From an uncultured Verrucomicrobiae bacterium (GTDB lineage Bacteria; Verrucomicrobiota; Verrucomicrobiia; Chthoniobacterales; JAFAMB01), in assembly GCA_963762565.1 (NCBI GenBank), contig CAVXLD010000012.1, forward strand, positions 224,001 to 288,000: 64,000 bases of DNA. Reading direction: 5' to 3'. Every line of letters starts with the position of its first letter. Position 1 is the first letter of the stretch. Position numbers and translations under genes: made by a program. Under the pieces are notes generated by a model. That model ran no database searches. It saw only the letters and a list, made by a program, of their open reading frames with translations, and was not told the origin of the DNA. Below, in pieces: positions 51,230-61,098 of this stretch.

Positions 51230-51311
51230 AGATAGAAATACCTCCTTCGGTGAGCATACCGCTACCTGCGTTAGGTTCAAATTGTCGCGCGGTGAGCTCG
51301 TTGATCCGTAC

Positions 51312-51587
51312 TAGTGTCCTGTCCCATAAATAGCGTGGCTTTCGCCGTCGGTCAGTTGGCTGTTTTTCAAGGCGCGAGCGACGAGCATATCTAGATCGAT
51401 ACGTAAGGAGCGAGCAACGCAGAAAAACAGCCAACTGGCCACGGCCCGAAGGGTTGCGATGAAAATGGACCGGCGGCTGCGTTGCTCGTCGGTTACGTAT
51501 CAATCTAAATATGCGCTCTCCTCGCGTCTTGCCGGCGGCCCATTTTGATCGCAACGAAAGCCACGTTATTTATGGGACAGGACACTA
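51312..51587. mobile_element. MITE (276 bp) with IS630-type ends, copy 2
   Basis: (C)TAGTGTCCTGTCCCATAAATAGCGTGGCTTTCG ... CGAAAGCCACGTTATTTATGGGACAGGACACTA(G); colinear with 8663-8938. Confidence 0.88.
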
Positions 51588-51622
51588 GATGAAAGAAATC
51601 AGAACACGGCTATTAGAAATCT

Positions 51623-52495
51623 GTGCCCAGTCCTGGTCTTTGTGCGCCTTCTTGGCAATTAACTTGGCGAACAGTGGCTGAATGTACTTCTGAGGAGGTA
51701 GCAGCCTCGATCGTCCATTGTTTTCAAGGCTACCTGGTCCCCATGACGTTTTCTGTGGAAAGATATGAGGTCCGTTTTCGAGCAGAGAATCTCGACCCAT
51801 TCGCGAGCCGGCTTTATTACAGCAACGAAGCGCTGGCCGCGGCTGTGATGATCGCTCGGCGAGGATGGACTTCGCGGTTAGCTGCCATGGCGGTTGCTCC
51901 CGATTTCCGAGGGCGCGGACTGGGAAAAAATGTGATGAAGGTCACGCTGGAAGAAGCGGTTCTTCGAAAGGATCGCGGGATGATTCTCGAAGTAATCGAG
52001 CAGAATCCAGCGGCGGTCTCACTTTACAGCGCCGTCGGTTTTCGCTTGATGCGCAGGCTTGTCGGGTATGATTTCGTTCCCTCCGGTGCGGGCAATGTTG
52101 CCTCGGACCTCGACCGTCTGAACGAAATCGATCCATTAATCGTCGCGCGACTCGTCGCAGCAGAGGGTAAACCCGATTTACCATGGATGTTGATGCCTGA
52201 GACCTTAGCGGCAGCCACACCGCCGGTTCAGGCTTTTCATCTCGACGATATTGCTTTTGCCACCGTCGCGGATCCCAACGCTGAGAAGATTGTAATCCGA
52301 ACGCTTCTGGTCAGAAAGGCGCATCAGAGGCAAGGCTGGGGATCGAGACTCCTAGGTGCTCTGGAAGCACGCTTTGCGGATCGGCCAATGACGATTCCGA
52401 GTCTGGTGCCGGAAAATATGGCGCCTGGTCTTTTCCGGAGAGCCGGCTGGCAACGGCAAGCGCTTAACCAGTTCGAAATGAAAATAGAGTTTTAA
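51623..52495 (+). CDS. Tandem GNAT acetyltransferase
   Basis: Two acetyl-CoA motifs, V.PDFRGRGLG and VRKAHQRQGWG; LEVIEQN..A..LY...GF. Confidence 0.85.
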   Translation: MPSPGLCAPSWQLTWRTVAECTSEEVAASIVHCFQGYLVPMTFSVERYEVRFRAENLDPFASRLYYSNEALAAAVMIARRGWTSRLAAMAVAPDFRGRGLGKNVMKVTLEEAVLRKDRGMILEVIEQNPAAVSLYSAVGFRLMRRLVGYDFVPSGAGNVASDLDRLNEIDPLIVARLVAAEGKPDLPWMLMPETLAAATPPVQAFHLDDIAFATVADPNAEKIVIRTLLVRKAHQRQGWGSRLLGALEARFADRPMTIPSLVPENMAPGLFRRAGWQRQALNQFEMKIEF

Positions 52496-52502
52496 CTGCT
52501 AA

Positions 52503-52690
52503 CTGTGGAGCGCTGCCGCGCATGCGAGGCCGTGGTAAGCAAGGGAATGGCGTGATGCATGCCCATTTCTGATGGCGACTTGTGGCCCGACTTCCGCTCC
52601 GTCGCGCACGAAGAGCACAGCCAGTCAAAGACCCTGGTGCACTATGGGCTCTTCTCACCACGGCCTCGCAAGCGAGGCGCGCTCCACGGG
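52503..52690. repeat. REPIN-like element, family D
   Basis: GTGGAGCGCTGCCGCGCATGCGAGGCCGTGG ... CCACGGCCTCGCAAGCGAGGCGCGCTCCAC; single units also at about 22517-22543 and 26540-26564. Confidence 0.75.
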
Positions 52691-52701
52691 TGGCGGCCCT
52701 T

Positions 52702-53865
52702 CTAGCCCTGCTTTAACAGCTCAAGAACCCGATCTACTTCGTCCTCGGTATTGTAGAAGTGCGGGCTGAACCGCAGGTAATTTATGCCTTGGCGATCTTG
52801 TCGAGGCGAACAGACCACCCGGTTTTCGCTCAATCGCTTGTGCGCCGAAGCGATGTCGCGGCCAGGGTGCGATACCGTAATGATACCGGACTGATTTGCT
52901 CGAGCATGGTTTACTCCCAACGACTCGAATCCGAGTTCTCCTAGGCCGGAAACTAATCGGTTTCTGATAGATAGAATGCGCTCCGCGATCTTCTCAATTC
53001 CGACGTCGAACAGGAGATTAATGGCGGCTTTCATCCCGGCGATCCCGGGATAATTGAGAATACCCGGTTCATAACGCTGAGCGCCCTCCACAAACTCGAT
53101 TTTATTCTGGGCGACGTAGCCCAGACCCTTGACGTTCCAGGCTCCAAGCAAGGTTGGCCGGCAAAGATCGAAGAGCTCCTTTCTTACATAAACCACACCG
53201 ATTGCTACGGGACCGAGCAACCATTTGTGCGCATCTGCACTAAGAAAATCAACGTATTCGACTGTGGTCGGGAATGCGCCCAAAGTCTGGATCGCATCTA
53301 GGCAAAAAAGAATACCGCGTCCCCGCAATACTTTACCAATGGCGGAAATATCGATCCGGAAACCCGAAATAAAGCTGCAGGAGGCAAGAGCTACGAGCTT
53401 CGTCTTGGGTGTGAGTACTCGATCCAGAGTTTCGACGGTGAGCTCTCCAACTTGCGCCGGTTCGACAAACCTGACCACAACGCCCTTTTCCCGGAGGTTT
53501 ATCCAGGGATAAACATTGGCCGGGTAGTCGTCCAAATAGCAGACGATTTCGTCACCTGGCGACCAAGTGATCCCGTTGGCGACTAGACTTAGACCTAACG
53601 AGGTGGGCCCGAGCAATGCGATTTCTTCTGTAGAGGCGTGCACCAGCCGGGCTGCTGATTCGCGGGTTTGCTGAATCAAGGCCAGCGTCTCCGGATAATC
53701 AGGGAAATCTTCTGAATGCCCTTGAATAAACCGGCTCATCGCTTCTGCGACCGGACCCGGCATTGCCGTGACTGCGGCATGCGCCATGAAAATCTTCGAT
53801 TTGGAGATCGGGAAGTATCGTTGGCGGATGGTGGTGTCCGATAATAAAGAAGTGAGCAAATCCAT
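52702..53865 (-). CDS. Class V PLP-dependent aminotransferase (cysteine desulfurase-like)
   Basis: DYPANVYPW, LDAIQTLG, SADAHKWLLGP (PLP Lys), RFSPHFYN. Confidence 0.88.
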   Translation of the reverse strand: MDLLTSLLSDTTIRQRYFPISKSKIFMAHAAVTAMPGPVAEAMSRFIQGHSEDFPDYPETLALIQQTRESAARLVHASTEEIALLGPTSLGLSLVANGITWSPGDEIVCYLDDYPANVYPWINLREKGVVVRFVEPAQVGELTVETLDRVLTPKTKLVALASCSFISGFRIDISAIGKVLRGRGILFCLDAIQTLGAFPTTVEYVDFLSADAHKWLLGPVAIGVVYVRKELFDLCRPTLLGAWNVKGLGYVAQNKIEFVEGAQRYEPGILNYPGIAGMKAAINLLFDVGIEKIAERILSIRNRLVSGLGELGFESLGVNHARANQSGIITVSHPGRDIASAHKRLSENRVVCSPRQDRQGINYLRFSPHFYNTEDEVDRVLELLKQG

Positions 53866-53977
53866 TAGACCAAAGATGTACCGCGAATGGAGGCGAATAA
53901 ACGCGAATAATGTTTGAGCTCAAGCAAGGCGGCAAACGATGAACTCGCCCATGCAGGCTGAGAGGTGAGAGCGGCGT

Positions 53978-54176
53978 GGAGGGGAGCCGCTTAGTAGGTA
54001 GGCAAGCTCTATCGGTAGGTGGCAGGCGGCTCCCGGGAATGACCCAAGCCGCAAAGCTCTGCCCAATGCCTTTGGTTCTGCCTCCGGATGATAGAGCTAC
54101 CGCGCGTTGGGTTATTCGCGGGAGCCGCCTGTTGCCAACTGATAGAGTTTGCTACCCTACAAAGCGGCTCCCCTCC
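53978..54176. repeat. REPIN-like element, family B, copy 3
   Basis: Two about 75-bp inverted arms starting GGAGGGGAGCCGCTT..CAGGCGGCTCCCG.GAAT.ACCCAA. Confidence 0.88.
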
Positions 54177-54199
54177 GCACCACCCATCTCACATCTCAG

Positions 54200-55153
54200 G
54201 TGAAACCCACCGATACTCCGACTCGCGATGATGCTGCCAATCTGGTTCGCTCGAGACTAGGCCTGGAGCCGGTCGAGATTCGGCGGTTTTTAACCGGGCT
54301 TTGTCATTACGTTTTTTCGGTGACGACCGCTGACGGGCGAAAGTTAGTGGTGCGTATGGCAACTCCTCCAACAAAACGTCTCTTAGCGGGTGGCATCTAC
54401 TGGAATGAGTTTCTGCGGCCGATTGGGGTGCCGTTACCTAGAATGATAGCAGCCAGCCTCGAGCGTTCCGAAATCCAATTTGCGTTTGTCATCCTGGAAC
54501 ACCTTCCGGGGTCCGATTTAGGCGAAGTTTATCAAAGCCTGTCTTCGCCCCAGAAACTTGAGGTCGCTAGCGAGGTGGTTCGAATTCAGAAGAAAGTGTC
54601 AGTCCTTCCCAAAGCGGGCGGGTTCGGGCTAGCGTGTTCGTACTCAGAGCCTCCGGCTTATAGCGGCTGGGAGGCAGCGATTTTAGCGATTCTTGAACGG
54701 GCGCACCAACGGATGAGCGAATTCGATCATCCGGGCAGTCTATACGTTGCCAGGCTTAGGCAAATCCTTAGCCGCTATGAGACCTACTTCACCGCCATCC
54801 AGCCGGTTCCTTTTCTGGACGATACCACAACAAAGAATGTACTAGTGGAGCAGGGCCGCCTAACCGGCGTGGTCGATGTTGACCAGCTCTGTTTCGGCGA
54901 CCCGTTGTTAACCGTCGGGTTGACCCAGACAGCCTTGCTAGCCCATGGCCATGATGTCGACTACGTCGAGCATTGGATGAATCTTCTGGAGCTTACTGAA
55001 CAGCAGCGACTGATGGTAAAGGCTTATACCCTGCTATTCTGCGTCGACTTCATGAGCGAGCTGGGACAGCGCTTTAACAAGGAGGAGCAGCCAGGGATTA
55101 ATCCGGATAAGTTTGCCCGGTTAAAGTTAATCTTTGAAACACTGGCGGAATAG
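54200..55153 (+). CDS. Aminoglycoside phosphotransferase/choline kinase-like (APH) family protein
   Basis: VVRM, ILEHLPG, DDTTTKNVLV (Brenner-like), GVVDVD...GDP. Start set at GTG after the repeat. Confidence 0.8.
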   Translation: MKPTDTPTRDDAANLVRSRLGLEPVEIRRFLTGLCHYVFSVTTADGRKLVVRMATPPTKRLLAGGIYWNEFLRPIGVPLPRMIAASLERSEIQFAFVILEHLPGSDLGEVYQSLSSPQKLEVASEVVRIQKKVSVLPKAGGFGLACSYSEPPAYSGWEAAILAILERAHQRMSEFDHPGSLYVARLRQILSRYETYFTAIQPVPFLDDTTTKNVLVEQGRLTGVVDVDQLCFGDPLLTVGLTQTALLAHGHDVDYVEHWMNLLELTEQQRLMVKAYTLLFCVDFMSELGQRFNKEEQPGINPDKFARLKLIFETLAE

Positions 55154-55161
55154 CATACCCG

Positions 55162-55827
55162 GTGACGCTAGAGAGCATGCAAACGAATTCAGAAAATGTT
55201 AATCCCAAGCTCGTCTTGTTCGATATCGGCGGCGTGATAATCGACCTCGATTTTTCGGATGCGCGAACGACGTTGGAGTCCGAATACCTGATGGACCCCG
55301 AATCGTTTTTGGAGCTAACTAGATCCAGCTTCAAGGCGCAGGTGCTTTCCGTTACGGAGAAGGCTATGATAGGCACAATCGGAACGGACGAATACCTGCT
55401 GGCGTTTCAAAAAGCCTGTAAACGCCCAGTGCCAGTGGAGACCGTCCAGCGACTCCGTACGAGCATGCTTGGTCCGGAGAGACCGGAGATGCTGGCATTT
55501 CTGCAGGAGTTGAGGAAAGAGATCCGTCTTGCCGCGTTCACTAACACAATCGAATTGCACTGGAGCCTGCTTACTGACCCAAGGAATTACCGGTTTCCCC
55601 AGCTGTTCGAGACGGTTTTTGCTTCTCATTTAATCGGGGAAGCGAAACCTTCGAGACAATCATTTAGCACGGTATTGGACGCCCTTGGTCTTAGCCCGGA
55701 AGAGGTGGTTTTTATCGATGATTCCGAGGCGAACGTTTCGGGAGCCTCTCAACTCGGGATCAAGGGAATTGTTTTTAAGAATTTAGGGTCGCTGCGCGAA
55801 GAATTGCGACAATACATGAATCTGTAA
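55162..55827 (+). CDS. HAD family phosphatase
   Basis: LFDIGGV, FTNT, SH.IGEAKP, FIDDSEANV..A...GI. Confidence 0.9.
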   Translation: MTLESMQTNSENVNPKLVLFDIGGVIIDLDFSDARTTLESEYLMDPESFLELTRSSFKAQVLSVTEKAMIGTIGTDEYLLAFQKACKRPVPVETVQRLRTSMLGPERPEMLAFLQELRKEIRLAAFTNTIELHWSLLTDPRNYRFPQLFETVFASHLIGEAKPSRQSFSTVLDALGLSPEEVVFIDDSEANVSGASQLGIKGIVFKNLGSLREELRQYMNL

Positions 55828-56278
55828 ATGGATTGGGGTCAGATTACCTTTCGCCTGGCCAACCGAGAGGACATGCCCTTCTTGCTGGATTTGCGCCAGC
55901 AAACGATGAACCCGCATTTACTTGCATCGGGTGTAACCCCGTCCGTGGCGGAGCATGAGCGACGGATTCTTTTTCGATTCGATTGCGCGGAGATCATTGA
56001 GCTTGGCGGTGGGGCGATCGGCCTCTTAAAGATCGTTCGCGATGGGAAAGACTGGTGTCTAATCCAAATTCAGTTGAAGCCGGGGTTGCAAGGCCAAGGC
56101 CTTTGGTACTCAGCTTATACAATCGCTCATTGACGAAGCCCGGAAGGCGGAAGCGTCTTTGAGCCTCCAGGTGCTTAAGGCGAATCCAGCGCGTCGTTTG
56201 TATGAGAGGCTTGGATTTGCGGTGCTCACGGAGACCACGCATGCCTATCAAATGCGGTTGGAACGCCACGTTTTGTAG
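55828..56278 (+). pseudogene. GNAT acetyltransferase, frameshifted near 56100
   Basis: QIQLKPGLQGQG continues in another frame as GTQLIQSLI..LQVLKANPARRLYERLGF to TAG at 56278. Confidence 0.8.
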
Positions 56279-56451
56279 CTCTGAACCGCACTGGCGTTCT
56301 GTTGCGCTCTCAGCACCCCAACCCGCTACGCGGGTTCATTCCGACTTGGCGCACTACCTCAACACTCGATTACTCCATTACTCCGCTCGGCCGTATTCGA
56401 GAACGAGGACGACGACGAGAACGAAATGCCCGGTGTGCGCAGCCTAGCCGC

Positions 56452-56817
56452 CTACCGCTCGTTTTTCGTGCGTTCCCCTTCTTCGATGAGCTTCCAAAAA
56501 CCGGTGCTTTGTTCTAACTGTTCGTCCTCGGCCAAGGGTAACTTCGATCGAAACAGGAAATCGCCGATTGTGTTTTTATGAAGGACGCGATGGACCAGAA
56601 TCCCTTCCACGGTGCGAGCGAAGTAGATTCGATAGTCGCTGGCTCGATAACGGTAGAGTTTTTTACCTTCCCGTTCGATCACGCCGAAAGCCTTTGAATC
56701 CAGATGATCGAGGTTTTCCGGTAGAAACTGAAACTCAGCTAGCAACTCCAGTTGCAGTTTTTTCGGGATCTTAGCCATCTCAGCCGCGCTGATCTCGTTA
56801 AAAACAATCTGGTACAT
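56452..56817 (-). CDS. RelE/ParE-fold-like protein with C-terminal extension
   Basis: MYQIVF...A..EM, LYRYRASDYRIYF, ILVHRVLHK pattern. Confidence 0.65.
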   Translation of the reverse strand: MYQIVFNEISAAEMAKIPKKLQLELLAEFQFLPENLDHLDSKAFGVIEREGKKLYRYRASDYRIYFARTVEGILVHRVLHKNTIGDFLFRSKLPLAEDEQLEQSTGFWKLIEEGERTKNER

Positions 56818-57028
56818 GGCGTGTTCGAAAGGTAGCACAGGTCGTTAACACTGCATGCGGCCAGTGGTTCGCAACTGAAAACTTCATCTTTAAAAGTCGG
56901 CCGAGCGACGCCGCCGTAGAGCCTGCGTGGATATTTGCAGCTGGTCGCGCCAACGATGCTCTTATGAGTGATAAAACAATTCTGTAATCTGTTAGACAGA
57001 ATAGCGTCTTGCCACTATTGTTTTTCTT

Positions 57029-57250
57029 ATGCCGATGGTGGAGGAGATACAGAAATTGTTGCAGGCAGAGCCTTTTGTCCCGTTTTCAATCGCGACGGAT
57101 GACGGCACTGTGCGTCCGGTCCAAAGCCGTGACCACGCCTTGATCGGCAGAACTCATCTGGTGTTATTGGACAGCCTCCGAAACATCGAACTGATTAACC
57201 GGCGCAAAATAACCAGTGTTTCGATAAAAGAAGAGGGTTGGCAGCCATAA
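57029..57250 (+). CDS. Small hypothetical protein
   Basis: EIQKLL.AEPFVPFSI..DDG...V pattern resembles a small PVC-superphylum family as I recall it. Confidence 0.6.
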   Translation: MPMVEEIQKLLQAEPFVPFSIATDDGTVRPVQSRDHALIGRTHLVLLDSLRNIELINRRKITSVSIKEEGWQP

Positions 57251-57293
57251 GTTTTTCCATAACGGCTAAAGGCCATCTCAGGTTTTGTGACTT

Positions 57294-57944
57294 TCAGGCG
57301 TGTTCATTGGCCTCCGTTTTTCCGGCGGCGGCAGCGGCCAGCCGTTCGCCCAGTTTCCTCCGCTGGTTACCGTACCAAAGCGACCAACCCAACAGGCCGA
57401 AATAGATGCTGTAACTGATGATCGGTGAAATCACGAGGAACAGCCCAGTTGGAATGGTAAAGGCCAAAATAATCTTCAGGGTAGCTTCAACCAGGAGACC
57501 GACACCCCATACGACCGTCATCAGGTAAAAGGTGAAACGGAAACCAGGAATCGACCAGCGGGATGCGAACACTTCTCCGTTCGTCCCCTGTCTTGTGACG
57601 GTCGTTTTGGCGAGGTAGAACAGCAAAGGTCTGGGAGAGAGTAGTGATCCCAGGAAAACCAGACCGAAAATTCCGGTGATAAACGATTCACGAATCAAGA
57701 GTAAACGCGGCCTGCCGCCGAGAAGAGTGGCGACCAGCGTTAACGCGATTCCGGAGATCACCAATAGGCTGAGGGCATCGAGTTTCCGGCTCCAAATTAT
57801 TTGTCCGATGCTCCAAAGGATGGGTGGCGCTGCCGAGACGATGAGCGCCGCAGTCTCTGACATGTGCCCTGTGGCCAATTGATAGACCAGGAACGGTCCA
57901 CCCAGGTTAACTACGAAGTCTAATGCCACGAATACTCGGCCCAT
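57294..57944 (-). CDS. VC0807-like integral membrane protein
   Basis: About 6 TM segments; G.PRLLLIRES.ITG, RPLLFYL, MTVVWGVGLLVEA. Confidence 0.75.
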   Translation of the reverse strand: MGRVFVALDFVVNLGGPFLVYQLATGHMSETAALIVSAAPPILWSIGQIIWSRKLDALSLLVISGIALTLVATLLGGRPRLLLIRESFITGIFGLVFLGSLLSPRPLLFYLAKTTVTRQGTNGEVFASRWSIPGFRFTFYLMTVVWGVGLLVEATLKIILAFTIPTGLFLVISPIISYSIYFGLLGWSLWYGNQRRKLGERLAAAAAGKTEANEHA

Positions 57945-58123
57945 CCGATCAAAGACTCACGCAAAGGTGCAAAGACGCAATGGAAACAGAAGAGATATTA
58001 AACACAAAGCAGATTTCGCCCCATCTCCCCGTTTAGCTACGTCGGTCAGGGACGCGAACACAAAAGACACCAAGTAGGAATTTTGTCATTTGCCATTTCT
58101 TCTGTGTCATTTCTCATTCCCTC

Positions 58124-58768
58124 ATGCGTCTTTCTCTCCTGCTTAGCCTATTCCTGGCAATACCTGCTTTCGCTCAACTGAAATGGGAAACAATGGAGCA
58201 ATCCCTGAAGGCGAAACCTGGCGACCGCGAGATTGTGGCCACTTATCGGTTCACCAACACCGGAACCACTCCGATTACGATCGATAATGTCCATACCTCT
58301 TGCGGCTGCACGACTGCGGCTCTGGCGAAGAATGATTATGCGCCGGGCGAATCCGGACAAATCGTAGCGCGGATGGACATCGCCAAGAGAACCGGACATC
58401 AAGAAAAGTCGATCGTGGTGACCACAAAACAGAATCCGAGATCGCCCACGGTCTTGCGGCTGCTGGCTGATATCCCGGAGGCGGTGGTGATGAAACCGAC
58501 ATTCGTGATGTGGGCGCTGGGAGAGACCCCAAAACCGAAGACAATCGATATCAAAGTCACTGACGGATTCCCGGTGAAATTGCTCAAGGTCGATTCTGAT
58601 AATCCGGATATCAAAGTGGATGTAAGCGAAGTTCGTCCGGGCGTAGAACTGGAAGTGAAGGTGACCCCGAAAGACACCTCACGTCCGGAGATGGCCACGT
58701 TGCTGATCAGAACCAATTATCCGTCTGACAACCCGCAAACCTACTACGCTTACGTCAAGGTCAAATGA
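58124..58768 (+). CDS. Exported DUF1573 domain protein
   Basis: Signal peptide; F.NTG..PI.I..V.TSCGCT, APGESGQI. Confidence 0.85.
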   Translation: MRLSLLLSLFLAIPAFAQLKWETMEQSLKAKPGDREIVATYRFTNTGTTPITIDNVHTSCGCTTAALAKNDYAPGESGQIVARMDIAKRTGHQEKSIVVTTKQNPRSPTVLRLLADIPEAVVMKPTFVMWALGETPKPKTIDIKVTDGFPVKLLKVDSDNPDIKVDVSEVRPGVELEVKVTPKDTSRPEMATLLIRTNYPSDNPQTYYAYVKVK

Positions 58769-59187
58769 CGGCCCTAAGGCAAGCTGGATTGATCTTGTTG
58801 ATCGCGGTAGGGCTAGCCGGTGTGACGGCGGCAATTCGTCCACAGCGGCCCTCGTTCTTAGCACCCCCACGAGATTCGAACGAGGTCACCCTAGCTCAGA
58901 TAAAACAATGGGCAGGGGCGGTTTTGTGGGTAGATGCGCGCTCTGAGCCGGAGTTCGCGTCCGAGCACGTGCCAGATGCCATTTGTTTGAACTTCGACAA
59001 CTGGACCGAAGAATTCCCAAAGTTTCTTGATCGGTATACCGCTGGCCAGCGAGTCGTCGTTTACTGTAGCGCGACATCGTGCCAATTGAGCCGCGAGATC
59101 GCCTCCAAGCTAAGGGCTAGCGGAGTGGACGACGCTTACTTTCTGGAAGGAGGCTGGGAAGCTTGGAAACAGCAGAACCGCCCATGA
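58765..59187 (+). CDS. Membrane-anchored rhodanese-like protein
   Basis: WVDARS..EF...HVPDA, VVVYCSATSC, LEGGWEAW; ATGA overlap. Confidence 0.88.
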   Translation: MTALRQAGLILLIAVGLAGVTAAIRPQRPSFLAPPRDSNEVTLAQIKQWAGAVLWVDARSEPEFASEHVPDAICLNFDNWTEEFPKFLDRYTAGQRVVVYCSATSCQLSREIASKLRASGVDDAYFLEGGWEAWKQQNRP

Positions 59188-59630
59188 GCACGGTAACCCA
59201 ATCGATTGCCGGCCGCCCGATTGTGCGCGTGGCTCGCATGGCACTTCGCTTTTTGATAGCGGCGCTCTTGTTATTTGCCGCCGTTACCAAGTTGGTCGAT
59301 CCAAGCTCGTTTGCCCAACAGATCGCGAATTATCAGCTGACGCCCTGGCCTGCCACCGCCGTCCTCGCCGTTTTCCTTCCGCCTTTGGAGCTGTGCGTAG
59401 GGATTTGCCTGTTGATCGGGCGATGGGAGAGCGGAGCGCTGATTTGGCTGGCAACCTTGCTCACGATATTTTCCGGCGCATTGCTCAGCGCTATTATCCG
59501 CGGCCTGAGCATCGATTGCGGTTGTTTCGGGCGCTCGGTTGAAAACACCGGTACCCTTTGGCCGCTAATTCGGAACCTGGCGTTATTGGGTGTAACTGGG
59601 TTTCTTTGGGTTTCGCGGAAGAGGAAATGA
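59184..59630 (+). CDS. MauE/DoxX family membrane protein
   Basis: K..DP..FA..I..Y, LP.LEL..G, RGLSIDCGCFG, LIRNL; ATGA overlap. Confidence 0.88.
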   Translation: MSTVTQSIAGRPIVRVARMALRFLIAALLLFAAVTKLVDPSSFAQQIANYQLTPWPATAVLAVFLPPLELCVGICLLIGRWESGALIWLATLLTIFSGALLSAIIRGLSIDCGCFGRSVENTGTLWPLIRNLALLGVTGFLWVSRKRK

Positions 59631-59659
59631 TGATCGCCTTGCGATGCGGGCGGATGCCC

Positions 59660-59840
59660 GGGGAGGGATCGCTGCCTGTCCGACATAGCCTTCTATCTGC
59701 CGGTCTTTCTTACAGGCGTTGGCGACGTCGGATCCCCGGGATCTGCTGTTAACAAGCCGGGCACGTGTTTTAATCGCGGACGAAAATACACCTTTGTATT
59801 GCGGCACACCTTCGCGGCGCGCGGGGACGCGCGCCCTCCC
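59660..59840. repeat. REPIN-like element, family E, copy 2
   Basis: GGGGAGGGATCGC ... CGCGCGGGGACGCGCGCCCTCCC; inverted relative to 20170-20295. Confidence 0.65.
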
Positions 59841-59921
59841 TGCCGGGGGCCAGAATCGACCCCTTTTCCACCCCCCTTTTTTTTATTTGTCATCGGTCAT
59901 TTGTCATTTGTCATTCTTCGT

Positions 59922-61019
59922 ATGACACCTCCCCATCGCTGTTGGGCTGAAATTGATCTGGGCGCTCTAGCGGCCAATCTCTCGCAACTGAAGCAGCGAG
60001 TGCCTCCCGAGGTGCAGTTCGCTGCGGTAATCAAGGCCGATGCCTACGGGCACGGACTGCAGCCGGTGGCCACCGCCTTAAAGGATCAAGTCGATCTATT
60101 GGCGGTGGCCAACGCGGCTGAAGCTGAAGAGATCAGACGGGCCGGTGTCCAAACTCCGATTATGATTCTTGGCCCGGCTATTTCGGAAGAACTTCCCATT
60201 GTGGTTCGGGAGCGATTCATCCCAACTCTTTCGACCGCCGAAGAAGGTCGTCGCTTAGCGGATCTGGTGACCAGCGCACCGTTGGATGTGCATTTTGTAT
60301 TGGACACCGGCATGGGTCGGATCGGCCTTTGGAATGGGGAAGCCGTTGAAGAGTTTCGCCGCCTGACTCAGTTGCCTCAGCTCCGGGTTACTGCTCTCTC
60401 TTCGCATCTGCCGGTTGCCGACGAAGACGGTGAATATACTTCCGATCAACTCGACCGATTCCGTCGCGAGGCTGAACAGCTTTCGGGAACCTTACCTGCA
60501 ACCATCTTAAATAGCGCGGCCGTATTGCGTTTCGGTGACACTGCGCGAGCCGGAGATGTGGTGAGGACCGGTCTGGCTCTATACGGGATTTGCCCGCTGC
60601 CGGAATTTCAGTCGCTCTTTCGTCCGGTTCTATCCTTGAAAACCAGGGTGGTGCTGATCCGGACCTTGCAAGCCGGCCGAACAATCAGTTACGGGCGAAC
60701 CTTTACGACCGGCCGCGAAACCAAGGTAGCGACCATCGGAGCGGGTTACGGCGACGGTTATCCACGTCATTTATCGAACGTTGGCGCCGAGGTCTTAATC
60801 CAGGGACACCGTTGTCCGGTTCTCGGTAGAGTTACCATGGATCAAACCATGGTCGATGTTTCCGGATTGGCATCGGTAAACATCGGTGACGAAGTTGTGC
60901 TCATCGGCCGGCAAGGTGCCGAAGAGATTCTGGCTTCAGAGCTAGCACAAAAGTCAGGGACTATCACTTGGGAGATTTTTACAGGAATCACAAAACGCGT
61001 TGTCCGCGTGTACCGGTAA
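59922..61019 (+). CDS. alr: Alanine racemase
   Basis: AVIKADAYGHG (PLP Lys), DTGMGRIG, VRTGLALYG, ISYG, GYGDGY, GRVTMDQ. Confidence 0.96.
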   Translation: MTPPHRCWAEIDLGALAANLSQLKQRVPPEVQFAAVIKADAYGHGLQPVATALKDQVDLLAVANAAEAEEIRRAGVQTPIMILGPAISEELPIVVRERFIPTLSTAEEGRRLADLVTSAPLDVHFVLDTGMGRIGLWNGEAVEEFRRLTQLPQLRVTALSSHLPVADEDGEYTSDQLDRFRREAEQLSGTLPATILNSAAVLRFGDTARAGDVVRTGLALYGICPLPEFQSLFRPVLSLKTRVVLIRTLQAGRTISYGRTFTTGRETKVATIGAGYGDGYPRHLSNVGAEVLIQGHRCPVLGRVTMDQTMVDVSGLASVNIGDEVVLIGRQGAEEILASELAQKSGTITWEIFTGITKRVVRVYR

Positions 61020-61056
61020 CCTGGCCGATAAATCGCTGCACCCCCAAAAATCGTAG

Positions 61057-61090
61057 TTGACGCACGCTTCTAATGAGATTGATTCTCAAC
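61057..61090 (+). promoter_or_regulatory. Fur box overlapping a probable sigma70 promoter
   Basis: AATGAGATTGATTCTCAAC (7-1-7 TGAGATT-G-ATTCTCA) at 61072-61090, TTGACG at 61057; directly upstream of an iron permease. Confidence 0.75.
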
Positions 61091-61098
61091 TACAAGCG

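Noticed and set aside
54200..55153. Bona fide aminoglycoside resistance gene
   Set aside because: Only fold-level APH similarity with an atypical catalytic motif; substrate unknown.
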